From positions 1 to 51,494 of the forward strand of contig JYFJ02002760.1 of assembly GCA_000934665.2 (NCBI GenBank): a stretch of DNA of 51,494 bases, read 5' to 3'. Numbering within the stretch: the first letter of the stretch is position 1; the number at the start of each line of letters is the position of its first letter. The position numbers were made by a program, and so were the translations under genes. The notes under the pieces were generated by a model. The model was not told the origin of the DNA. It worked only from the letters and a program-made list of their open reading frames with translations, and did not search any database. Shown piece after piece: positions 21,591 to 33,849 of this stretch. The stretch is from Catajapyx aquilonaris (taxonomy: Eukaryota).

Positions 21591-23236
21591 ATGGTGCCGT
21601 CCAGCAGGGGTCCTCCCCCGAGACGGACCTTCTCGCCCGAGTTCAAACTGAGGGTGCTGGACGCGTACCAGTCGAATGACCCCAACTGCAGAGGAAACCA
21701 GAGGGCCACGGCCAGGAAATTCGGGATCCATCGGCGGCAGGTCCAGAAGTGGCTGCAGGTATGATGTATGGGAGAGCAGGGGTGGTCCACTCTTCTTCCC
21801 CCAACCCGGCCGGTACGAGACAAAGCCGGATTGAAAAGCACGTGCGAGTGCGGGGTTGCCGGGTTGGGGGCACGTGGCTTTCTTCTCGTTATTATTGTTT
21901 ACTCCACGTGCTTGCAGATCGAGGAGGTGTTGAGGTCTCAGGCTGCTGCCGTGGCACGGACCTTACAAGACGATGCGGCCAGGGCGGCAGGGCAGGAGAA
22001 GAGTGTCCAGGGGGACAAAGGTGGGGAGGGCAAGCAAGGGGGTGGCCACAAGATGTTTTATGTCACCAAGATGCCTGAACCTTTGCCGCTGGTTCGGGGA
22101 TATGTGCCAAAGTTGAAGGAAGAGGAGAAGGAGGGGAAAGACCACGTGGTTGCCATGGAAGAAGGAGGAACAATGGATGCGAAAGTTTTTGTCAGGTAAG
22201 GTCCTTATATATGAGCCACTGATGTAGGTTGCGCATAATTTAGTCGACAGTAAAATCCTTAATCGCATTTCTATCGCGTGAAATTTTTCAAGGTCGTGGG
22301 GTCAGTTGAACGATAAACAACAGCAACAACAGATTTAGGTGGGATTTTCCGATGTGAACTGACGGTGGACCACGTCCATCAGACTGCGAGCAAGATTTCA
22401 ATTTATTGGGCAATAACTAGCAATAATTGCATTATTATTGACATTGGTCATTTTCACGAGACATGAGTTATGTCATATGCTGTGTGTAATCTCTAATTGT
22501 TACCAGGCAAATTAATTTGTCAAAGCAGATGGCTGGAATTGCCAATGTGAGATAATGATGATCAAGAAAACGCGTTTGAATTGCAACAATTGCTGTCCTT
22601 GTAAATGTGACACTTTCCGATCAAGACTGTTTCCTGCACGTCTGCACTTTTGTACATTTCAGGCCAATCAGCCCACCAGCACCGGCGCACGTGTCGCCGT
22701 CGACGGCGTCAGACCCGCAGAACATGAAGCGTCGCTCATTCACCCTCCAGTTCAAGCTGTCGGTTCTGGACGCATTCCACCGTGACGGAGAGTGTCGGGG
22801 CAACCAGAGAGCCACTGCCCGCCAGTACGGCATCAACCGTCGGCAGGTTCAGAAGTGGCTGAACCAAGAGAGAAAACTCCGCAACGAGGCCATGGCCCTG
22901 GGCGGCCTGCACCGGCAGAGGCTGGCCAAGGGAGCAGACATGCCGCCGCCGTCTCTGCCACCCATCTGCGACCCTGTGGACGACCCCGACGACCCCGACG
23001 ACGACGAGTCCAGCGACGACGACGAGCCGGAGGAGACCGAGAAGAAGCCTGCCGACCTTGATCCCTCCCCTGACTTCAGCGAGCAGGCGGCCTTCCTCCT
23101 CCAGTACAGGCTCCGCGTGCTGGACGAGCTGAAGAGCCGGAGCCTGATCGGGGCTGCGAAGAGGAAGGCCCGCTTCGGCATGCCCTTGAAGGCCCGCATC
23201 TGCCCTCCGACCAGCACCGGGTCCTCCCTGCTTTGA
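21591..23236 (+). CDS. Brinker DNA-binding-domain transcription factor with two tandem BrkDBDs
   Basis: Exons 21591-21758, 21918-22195 and 22663-23236. Domain 1 is RRTFSPEFKLRVLDAYQSNDPNCRGNQRATARKFGIHRRQVQKWLQ and domain 2 is RRSFTLQFKLSVLDAFHRDGECRGNQRATARQYGINRRQVQKWLNQ. Both closely match the Drosophila Brinker HTH (RRIFTPHFKLQVL...CKGNQRATARKYNIHRRQIQKWLQ). Confidence 0.9.
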
Positions 23237-26111
23237 ACGTCATGTTTGAAAAATTGGCGCGGGTCGCGTCCGAATAGTGCCTTTGTGTTTTTGCTCTCCT
23301 GTTTCGGACTCGCCCGACCGGACGTCAATTGGCTAGGCCTTATTGATGTTCCCTCTCCCGTTCGTTGTTGTCGCCGCCGTGTTCGGGGCAAAGTGGTTCG
23401 GGGGACTCGTCTGCCACTTGTGTACGGCTGCTTTGGGAAGGGACTGAGAGCTGTGCTGAGTGGGATGCGAGGTGGTGGACGTGTGGTGGACCAGGATGGG
23501 GAGGCGGAGCAGGGAGTGAATGTATGTTGGATTTGTGGTTGAGGCATTTTGTCTGCACACCAGATGAGAAGCGGTCGAGTCCTTGACGAGAATTAAGTTT
23601 TAAGACTGCTCGTACACTCGTAATAGCAGACGGTGTGTATACAGGTCGCAAAAAAAATTACATGTATGAATAAGCATGTGCAGTGTGCCTTTCGCATGTA
23701 GAGCGTGGATGAATATGGGCTGCAGATTGCGGAGGAAGTTTGGCCGTTACCAGGTAACTTGCCTTTGTACCGAATCATGAAGATTTCAACATATGGCAGC
23801 CAAGCATCCTCTGCAATCTTTTTTCGCTTGGAGCCCAAGACAAAGCCAAGACTTCAATTGCAATCATGGTCAGACAACACATATCAATAATTATAACTGT
23901 TCAGAATAGGATATCTGGACATACTGTTACATTTAAGATATCTGAAGGGGACACTCATTTTGAGACCTTGAGATCCTCAGCTTACCCCAAGATTTAAATG
24001 CCATTGTAACGATATAGGTAATCAGAGCAGACAGCCATATGTGTCACATATAACACTTCAAGAATAACATTGAGAAATTAAAATGTTGCTTGAAAGTGCT
24101 TTTGAGAAAATAAGCCGACCAAGGTCTGCAAGTGCTCATTGATTCTCACAATGACTTGATGCAAGTGTTCTTGTATGTTGACACTGATCATTCTTTTTTT
24201 AGGTTAATGACAAAAGACATGTGGTAATCTCATGCTTGAGGTTTAGGCCTAGAACTTCTTTGACATGCTCCTAAGTGGGGGTACTTCGTGTGTGTTCTTC
24301 CAGGGTAGTTCTCATCGCAAAACACAATAATTAATAACATCTTTGGAAAATTATACCTACCACAGTCTCAGGTAGGGTACATTACACAGGGAAGGCCTTG
24401 TTCATAAAGCATTTTGACTCTGCCTTTGTTCATTGCTATTGAATGGTTCGCTTGTTATTTTTTCCAATTTAAAGATTTATTAAGTCCATGCCTTGTCACA
24501 CAAACTGATTTCTTATAGAAGTACTTGCTGATAACAACTCCATAAAACCTTTATCACATCACATGGGTATAGCCTGCCAAGGATGGGTAAGTTTTCATAT
24601 GTGTCAAAGATATGACAGTCTAAAATGAGTGCCTGTGATTCCTCAAGCATGTGGACACCTGTACAAAGAAAAAGTATTTTGTAAATAAAACTACCTCAGG
24701 TTGCATTTGTAGCCATCAAAAGGCTATTTTGGATAATGTCAGATTAACATAGTGACAACCTATGGCAATATCTCAATGAAAAAAGAATCAAAGAATTATG
24801 TTTGGAGAGTAGGCCTGTATTTTTCCAATACCAGTTGTTGCATTTTGACGAACGCTCAATAAAACTCTATTTCATGGACATTACAATTTGTCTTTTTTAA
24901 AGGGAAAGACCCACTGGGTTCTCATTGATGCAGCGAGTGCAAACACGCTACCCAGAGTCATTGTTTGAAATTCAGCAAAGATACGAGGACGCATCGCTTG
25001 TCATTCATAAGGTGAGACTTGAAAATATTTGGAAACATTTGGTGGGAATCATTTGTGGAGTGACCAAACAAGAACTCAACATTGGGCATATCTTCAGGGT
25101 GGAGATGTATTTTGATTGGCCACTTCACATTATGTGATAGTAATATTTTTTGGCAGCTTACCCCATGATAGGCCTCTGGCATCTTGTGGGTTCTCTGGTA
25201 TATACCCAGCTTTATTCAGTTTCTTCACTGCTGCTGAATTTTGATTGGGAGGCAATGGGGGAAAACTCATGTGAATATGGAGAGAACCCATTGAAGCTCT
25301 CACCATAATTATGAGAATGCCTGTGTCTGATCCAGGGATTAAGGGGGTGCCTGTGGTGCCTGTGTTTCATAATACATGCATGCAGTCTCATGCAGGATAA
25401 AGCATGGATATCTGCAAATGTTCACTTGTGAACATAAGCCTATTTGGGAAGAGCTTTTTACTCACAGGATGATATACTGTTTCTCTGCTCAAGTTGACAT
25501 GCCAAAGAGGGTGGATTGGGAAGAGTTGTTGGATTATTCACCCTTGGTGACGTGAACAAAGTCGGGTGCATGAAAGAAGTAGAGTAAGTCTCAAACCTTG
25601 TGCTGAGAGTCTCCATTAGTGCTCAAATTTAGACCAAGTGTGACTAATCTACTAACTTCTTCCCATCCCCCCATCTTTGCATTGTCAACTTGGGAAGAGG
25701 AAGATGCTGTACATGCCACTTTTATTAACGCTCTAGATATGTTTGTATTTGAAAATGACGATTCCTTGTACCTCATTAATTTCAAAAGCACCATTAAAGA
25801 ACTGATTTCATATTTCAAATGACAATCTTGAAAGGGCCAACAGGTATTTTTGGTGTCAATGTACCGTAATCATTCCCTTGGACTCTCTTTTTCCAGGAAA
25901 ATCAGACAAAGCAGCCACGCAATTTTCTCCATTACGGTGACCATCGCAGGTCCTACGCATACTCCAGCTACGGCAATTCAGCTGTAGTAGTTCGCAAGCA
26001 AGGTCAGGATATGACCAAGAGTGACGAGAAGGCCATTGAATCACAACTCTGCGTGCTGATGTGAGAAGATTCTCTTAGCACTGTGGTCACACTTATAGCA
26101 CAAAGAGGAAA

Positions 26112-27947
26112 ATGTCTACCTGCACTGAGTTTGACCTGGACTGGTTGAGTGGTAAAGAGACCACACTTATCCCAAAATGGTACAAGCTGCTCCCAAATGG
26201 ACCACTCATGGCTGAAAGGGTTGGCCATGCATGTATCACTCACACTGATTCCAACAAGGTGTTCTGGATCGGAGGGGCTATTCCCAGTGGCACATATGAT
26301 GAGGTATGGTCTCTGGATTTGGAGACTATGGAGTCAGAGTTGTTTTGTGGGGAAGGATTCAAGCCTGTGTATGAGCACAGTGCCATACTGAATGGGGACA
26401 AGGTGATAGTGTTCGGAGGAGCAGACATGGCAGGGAACAACAACATGGTTCAGGAGCTGGATATCACCACGAAGAAGTGGAGAGTGATTGAAGAAGCTGC
26501 AGGGGATAAACCCTCTCCCAGGACCTTGCACTGTGCTGGAGTGACTGGTAAATAGCATTTTTTGGGTGCTTGAATCACCCGTCCTCATCCAACCCCTTCC
26601 AACCCCCATCATCCTCTTCCTACCTAGTCTTACCGGCTAAGGAGGGTCAATAACACTCCTGGCCCCTGGCTGCCAAGGCTCAATACGGAAGAGCCATACA
26701 AGCCAGGCATTTCCCTTGAAACCAACCAACCAAGGGTGCTTGAAAGTAGGAGTAAACAGCATGCTGATTGATAAGGCTAACAGAATTGATGTCTCCAGTT
26801 CGACCCCCTGTTGCTACAGTTTTTTCATTATTTTTTTTCAGCAGAGTCTGGGAATGGATTTTTCGTGTTTGGTGGCGGAGAGAAAGGATCAGAGCCAGTG
26901 GAAGACACTGCTTTATACATGTACAGAGTGGAGAAGTCAGAATGGGAAGTGATGGAAGCCCAAGGAAATATTCCTAGTCCTAGGCATGGTCACATTGTTG
27001 CGGTAATTGGGAATAAGGTACGGTGTCAGAGCAGTAAGTTTCATGCATCCTCACTGAGAATTAAAATCCAATCAGAAATTTACACAGCCAGACTGGTGCC
27101 TCTGAATTCTCAGTGCTACCAATAATAATGGGTTTGGTCTCGACATGTCTATTTTTCGCATGACTGTAAAATTATGGCAATACAATGTTTATTTTTCTGT
27201 GTTAAAATGTCTGCTTGAGGGGCATAAGGCTGATTTTGGCTCTGGAAGGAAGGGACTAGTACAACGTAAAGGGTAAAGTAAATGTTGTTTATTTTGCTTC
27301 TTATTAATAGATATACCTCCATGGTGGCATGTGTGGGACAGGCTTCTATGATGACCTGTACACCTATGATCTAGTGACTAAGATCTGGGAGAAATTGGAC
27401 ATGCAAGGGCAAGAGTTCCCCTCACCAAGGGCTGCTCATGGATCTGTCACCATTGGGACCAAACTGTATATATTTGGTGGGCTGGGGGAAGACGAAGCAC
27501 TCAATGACTTATGGGAGCTGGACACAGGTGAGTTTTAGTCATGAAAACTTGTCTTTGTAGACAGCCACATGCCTATTATACTATTATGAAACTATGCATA
27601 GATAACATATGCTGCATATAACATCAGGACAGTAGAATTTTGCATAACTTAGTCATCCAAAATGCGAGACTTAGAATTCCCATTTTTCTTTAGATGCCTT
27701 AACATGGACCAATATAGAAGTAGAGGGCCCACCGATTCCTCCGAGGCTAGACTTTGCAATGACCCTCATAGATATTCCCTGGCCTGCAAAAGAAGAGGAG
27801 CTAGAAGAGAGGTTCCAGGATTTGGAGCTTGGGGAAGGGCAGGAGAGCCCTGCGAAGCAGAGGAAGAAATTCATCATGATCCATGGAGGGATGAATACAT
27901 ATGGGGATATTTTTGACGATTATCATGTTATGCCAGTACCAAAGTGA
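26112..27947 (+). CDS. RABEPK: Rab9 effector protein with kelch motifs (p40)
   Basis: Exons 26112-26547, 26842/26845-27017, 27311-27527 and 27694-27947. Kelch repeats with RABEPK-type motifs RVGHAC, YEHSA, PSPRTLH, FGGGEKGSEPVED, PSPRHGH, FYDDL, PRLDFAM...PWP and GGMNTYGDIFDD. Confidence 0.92.
26575..26733 (+). mobile_element. 5'-truncated non-LTR retroelement (SINE/LINE 3' end) in RABEPK intron 1
   Basis: Ends in an (ACCA)n tail. Perfect 11-bp TSD GGGTGCTTGAA at 26564-26574 and 26734-26744. Confidence 0.75.
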
Positions 27948-28325
27948 AAAGAGTGACTAGAAAGGCCGTGGTATAGTAGTAGAGACTTGTAAAATTGTTC
28001 ATTGCAAGTTGTGCCTTTTGATGCTTAATGATGTTGGAGTCTGCCAAGACATGCTTTAAATGTGCATTAACAGTGAATGGAAGTAGGAGTATTTTTGTAT
28101 ACTAAAGTGACTAACTACTTATTTTATGAGAATGCAACTGGAAGCGAGATTTTATTTTTATGGGTCTTGTGGACTACCTGTATTTTAAATGTGAATTTAT
28201 TTTATTGACCCAAAGCAATTATAGGCCTACTAATGTAATGTAAACAAGTGACGTGACGGGAGTCTGCTTATTGCATTCTCTCCCAGTTGTGATGTGAGAA
28301 TATGCTGGTGGTATGAAATATTAAG

Positions 28326-28390
28326 TGAAAGATTTACTCTGGTGAATCTGGATGGAGAATCTGGATGGATTCACCAGAGTAAATCTTTCA
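28326..28390. repeat. Perfect 23-bp inverted repeat (65-nt hairpin) downstream of the RABEPK stop
   Basis: TGAAAGATTTACTCTGGTGAATC / GATTCACCAGAGTAAATCTTTCA with a 19-nt loop, plus an internal tandem duplication of GAATCTGGATGGA. Confidence 0.9.
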
Positions 28391-31145
28391 GTGGAGATCA
28401 CTTCTTGACATTCATTTGAGATGGGAGTTGATAGGCTGTGCCAGTCAGAGTTAGACAATGAAATAAATGCATAGGATTTTCCCATTGTGTGCCATTAATG
28501 CAGTGGAGCTTGCACTGCAACCATCGTGGTTGTTGCTGATGATATTCTGGGAAATCCACTGGTGACAACTGCACACTGTACAACTGCTAAATCCATGCTC
28601 CTGTTTCCCACAGTCACCTTGTCATTGTCACCTTTGACTTTAAATGACTGTCCATTCATGGTACAGAACCAGCATTTTAAAATTCATCTCAAATTGAAGT
28701 AAGGTGTGAGCTTTAACACCCAGCTACTGCCAGTTTCCAAATGTATGAGGGTTAACTTACCTGTTATATTGTGTGTTTCAAAATTTAGTTCACATCTGCA
28801 TCAGGAAAAAGGTTGTATATGCCCACACGTCCTGTTGGCATCTGGCTCATGTTTGTTGGGTGCATGCAGGTCCAGATGTTTCATCTGGATGCAGAAGCAT
28901 ATGTGACATTTCCACCAATGTGTATTGGAGCTAAATTATGAAATGCAGAACATCACTTCTGGGAGTCAGATAAATGACTTAAGTTTTGCATGATAAAAGA
29001 CACTTCCAAAATGTCACTCATAAAACAGTTAGACAAAAGCTATATTCCCCTGCCATACAAAAAAGTGTCTGGGACAGAAGTTTCTTGTAAATTGTACACT
29101 AGGTGGAGGTCATGCTTTGTTTTCAAATTATAAGAGATACTTGCCTCCATCTGGTAAATGTCAGACTGTAACAAAAAGGCATGGTACAAAGGTAACACAG
29201 TGGAAAATGTTGAAGCCAAAGGTGGTGTTGGCACTGGTATAAATTAAGTGGACCCAATATCCACAATGTAATTTTGTAGTTGAAGGTTCCTGCAGGCTGC
29301 GCCAAACTTCCTCATTCCCACTTTTTGCAGAGTAGGCTCATTTCAGTACACATACAGTAATTCTTTAGTGTTCTTAGTCTGCAGTAATGATATCGGCAGA
29401 ACTTCACACAAGAGTGAATGAAATGAGAGTGAGCCAGTATTATTTCTGTACACAGGCATGGTTGTGTAAAAATGCATAGCTGAAGGATTCTGAGACGTCA
29501 AATGGGTGTCCTCTCTCCACCTACCATTTGGCTGCTGTTATTGTTTTGTGGCAAAGCCATTATAGCCACAAAGCGGGGCTTCTTTTCTGCTGACACCTGC
29601 TCATCCTACTGCAGATGACCAGCACTCCAATGAAATAGTCCAGTGGGACCTTACAAGCAGCACTTGACCTTAATGCGCACACAGTTCAAACGCAGCTTAT
29701 TTGCTAATTATGAAAATATTGTGCACATATAGCTTGTCAGTGTTTCAAATAGGTTCACTTACAGGTGCTCTTCCTTCCTGTCATTCATTATGAATGTAGT
29801 TTTTCTGTGAGGGGCAGTCCAATCTAAAGCTGACTGTATTGTTGCTCTGAAGTCAGCCAAGTGGTAAGGGCATCAGATGATAGCCTTCAGAGGACTTGGG
29901 ATTTTTCATCCTGAAGTTATTCTCAGATTTATCTGAAGTTCAATAACTGGCTCAGTTCACTTGAATCACCCTTGTGATAGTGTGAATCATAAGTATTATT
30001 ACTTTTGGGGGCATCTGTATTGACATCCCGTATGTTGAGTGTGCTTGGGAAGTTAGCATACCTAGTTTAGTTTGGTGAAGATTTTGTACAATGTGTTAAT
30101 GTGACACTTTGTTGACACATGAGACTTGCCCATAGAAGCAGGCATCCCAGCAAGGAGTTGTGGCTGGAAAAATTCAGTAGAACCAACGTAGAACGTTGGG
30201 TCATGCCTTGCAGGCTTCACTACTGTTAGGGTGGTCACTTCGAACGGAGTACTACATTGGAAACTAGATCTTTAAAACTAGTAGAAGACAAGTAGCCTCA
30301 CTCACGCCCAATTGATGGATATCTAAATGGAGGTATGTTGGAGTGTGGTTTAGAAACTGCTTTTGGTGGAACGGGGAGGAGCAGGCTCAAATGTGGAGTG
30401 CAGGAAAGGGGAGATTTTGGGGTGGGACCTCAGATGCAATTCCATGTTGGGACAGGTGTTGCAGTTCATGTCATGGATATTATGTCATTGAAAAATGTTC
30501 GTGTTCAAATAATAATTTGTTTCTGAATGCACAATAATGTTACGTCTTGCCAGAATGGCACAAACTGGAAAAGTGTTGGACCAGATAGTGACCAGACTGG
30601 ACTCTCAGTATGTCACTTCACAATGTCTTTCATGCTGTTTAATACTCAATGATCACCTCGCAAAAACTAGTCTGAACTAGTGTGAAATGTACTTATGCCA
30701 TTTCTTTGCAGAAGTAGGAATATTTTTGTTGCAACCAGTATTAAACTAATGTCTCAAAATAGGTCATGTCTGGGATGCACTCAGTGACAAAGAATGATTT
30801 AATTCTTGATGTTTTAGAGTCGATTGTGTATGTACTGTGGATCTGTTTTGTCATTGCTGTTTTATCATCAAAGCTTGCAACACATGCATTTTTTGCTTTT
30901 GCCAGGCACATAACACTGACTCTTGAAAAGCTCCACAAGTGTATCATTCCTAACCCAATCGTACCCCCAAGCTATTGTTGTCAGTTCAGCAACTACTTCA
31001 ACAGTCTTATCTAGGTTCAAGTGGAATGTCTCATTGTCATTATGACATACTGGAGAGGCAAGTACGCATATGCCCCACTGTGCTCCAGATTATCCGGGTG
31101 CAGATTATCCGAGCATCTAAAAAAAAAGTTAGAAATAACAGCCTG

Positions 31146-31152
<7 letters not shown>

Positions 31153-31197
<45 letters not shown>

Positions 31198-31528
31198 TTG
31201 TGGGTAATGCTTTCACCCCTTCCCGGGAATATCGCATTGACCTTTTTTGTATTTTTGAGTTGTTCAGTACATGGTGCCTATTTAATTGAAGCCCGGGCCC
31301 ACGGGCAGGATGACAGGAGGGGATGTGCAAGGTGCAGTGCATCTGACGCTGTGGCCATTTTTAGTGAACTCCCCCGGGTGGTTTAGTCTGTGGAAATACC
31401 ACCCGAGACGAAGCCAGAGGTGACCCTGAACTCTGCACGAGATGAAGGGGGTGTCCCCGGGCTGGGATCGAACCTGGGACCTTAACATCCGTGGGCGCAT
31501 ATGTTACCGCAGCACCACTCCGCCTCCC
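31153..31528 (-). mobile_element. Full-length tRNA-derived SINE (family A) with (ATT)n tail
   Basis: The minus strand starts GGGAGGCGGAGTGGTGCTGCGG (A box) ... GGTTCGATCCC (B box). The body is shared with 43790-43966 and the tail appears as (AAT)n at ~31147-31197. TSD 15 bp with 1 mismatch: ACAGCCTG(G/A)AATAAT (31138-31152 / 31529-31543). Confidence 0.9.
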
Positions 31529-32038
31529 ACAGCCTGAAATAATGTCAATATGTCTCGCACAAACTTACAGAAATGTAACATACTTTTTCTGGAAGACGTT
31601 TAAAATCAATAAATTATAGTAAATGTTATTATTTTGATTAAACCTGATTTAAAGCAGCATACACTATATTATGCACAGTAGTTCATTAAAAACCTTTGAA
31701 TACCTCCTTTTATGGTGTCTAGGACCATATTCGGATTATTATCGGGACATAACCTTGCATTTATTGGCAATGATAATAATGAGTAGGCCTACAGTACGAC
31801 AATATCCAACTGGGATGAGTTTTGGTAAGGATCTGCATCATCCTGTAAGTGTAGTAAACCCTTACGGTACATTTTGAGTGAACATTTTGAATTTGCTTGG
31901 GTGTTCTTTTAAATACAGTACTGTATTAGAATACTTATGGAGTGTGAGCAATTACCACAACGTGGTTGAAATGGTGTTGAATCTATTCCGCCTTCCTTCA
32001 TGGAGTATTTGGTGTTTTAAAAATTCTCTCAGAATATA

Positions 32039-32380
32039 CGGCGTGAGTCAGAACTCTAATATGGCATTCTTTGGCCGCCCAATGCAAGTATGAAAAATGT
32101 AGTCAAAAAAACCAAACTGTTAACTGATGCAGATGACAATAACTGAAGCACACGAGAGGCTATACGTAACTGTAACTCTTGTCTGGGCATTGGACATACG
32201 AGACAGAATGCAAAGGAGGTGGCCGCGTCTGACTAAGGAAGCACCAAATGTTTTCATCGTCATCCACGTCGGTATAATGGCTGGATTTTTGACGCTTCTC
32301 ATTATACAGTATTTGCATTGACAGCATTGGGTCAACAGTGATTCTGGCATAGGTTTGGCCTGGAGTTCTGACTCACCCTG
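32039..32380. mobile_element. Diverged Tc1/mariner-type MITE
   Basis: TA flanks, with termini CGGCGTGAGTCAGAACTC / GAGTTCTGACTCACCCTG (2 mismatches). Confidence 0.6.
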
Positions 32381-33849
32381 TATATCTTTGGCGTATGTTT
32401 TGCACGGGGCAAGGAAGAATATTATAGACTATAGAATAGTATGAAGCGCAATAATTTGGTAATTTGTGCATTTCGTTTAACATATGAAGTAAAAAACGCA
32501 TATTTGTTAAAATAATATACAGTATAATGCATAATCAGCTGTGTCCTTCTTTTTGGAGAATTGGATATGGCTACCCTAGAGTGTGTGAAGATGACACAAT
32601 AATTGTCAAGACCCTCCGGATGTCCAAAATAAGGCGAGTGCTCCACATACGGTCATGGTCCCTAATGAGGCCACTTCTGTTTCTCGCCTGCCGTCAACTT
32701 CTGGTAGCATAATTATTATGATAATATACATATCTTCAGTAACTGACCCCCCATCGCACTTTAGTCCCGGTATGTGGCCAATCGCGTCTAAAAAAAACAT
32801 CGGATGTTGACGAAACTCGAGTCATATCATTCTGATCTAACATCTAACTAACTCTATAGGTGAGTATAATAAGAGGCTCATCCAAGGGCTCATCTACATG
32901 AGTACTATTGTAGCACACACTAAATGACAAGTAGGATTATTAACATGTTACGAGTTATAATGTCACTGATAAATTCCTACAAAATAAATACTCTCTGGGG
33001 GAATTCATGGCCGACGCTAGGTTATTATCACGCAAGCCCTTAAGGTTCTAAATGTGACATGGGCGTACTGTAGCGGCAGAGCGCGTGTCTTCCTGCCAGA
33101 TTGCCAGGTGTCATCAGGCAATATGGGTTCTCAAATACTCGAAATAAAAAAGAACTGCATGGGGATGAACTCTAGTGTTGCGTGTGCCATTTTGAACAGG
33201 AATGTGATATAATGCCATTGCAAAAAAATTGTAATTTTGCAGTTTCAGTAACAAGTACTGTATACCGGTACTTCTTCCAGGTATCGACAGAATGTTCATC
33301 CTGAAAGTCACACTTCCCCACTGCACAAAAGACGTGCTGGTTGCCATGAAAAGCTATAGGAAACAACGTGCTACCCGCTTCCCAACGAAATTATGTCAGG
33401 TCGTAGAACACCGTCGAGATTTATTGCAGTAAAGTGTTACAGCATGTTCTCGCATATCCACGTCATTGGCTTGCCAGAACAATGAGTCATGAAAAAAGGC
33501 CCTTACGTGACCAAAAAATCGCGTTTTGTTCCAGGAGAGGAAGTTGTGACGATCTGTCATGCAGTATAGCAGCACATGTACAAGCCCCCATTTTTTTCCT
33601 TCCACATCGATATAAGTACGCTTAAGTTGCAGTTGACCCAATAAGATTTCCAGGGCGCGATGTGAAATGAGGAGGCTGCCTATTGGTCGGAGTTTTACCT
33701 CCTTCGGCAAAGACGCGTACACGTAATAAGCGGCGTCGCGCACTTCAACCCTTGGTCAATACTGGCAACTAGTTGAACCGCGAGGTTGGCCGAGGAAAGA
33801 GCGTGCGCGATGGGCAGCATCAGCAGCAGGTTGTAGGAAGGCGGCAAGG

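Noticed and set aside
22849..23547. 232-aa minus-strand ORF
   Set aside because: Largely antisense to the GC-rich last exon of the Brinker-domain gene.
28400..31100. Short ORFs downstream of RABEPK
   Set aside because: No recognisable protein, no consistent exon chain, and frequent stops.
33060..33130. Possible hammerhead ribozyme (CTGATGA on the minus strand)
   Set aside because: No GAAA core after a stem II, and no convincing stems I/III.
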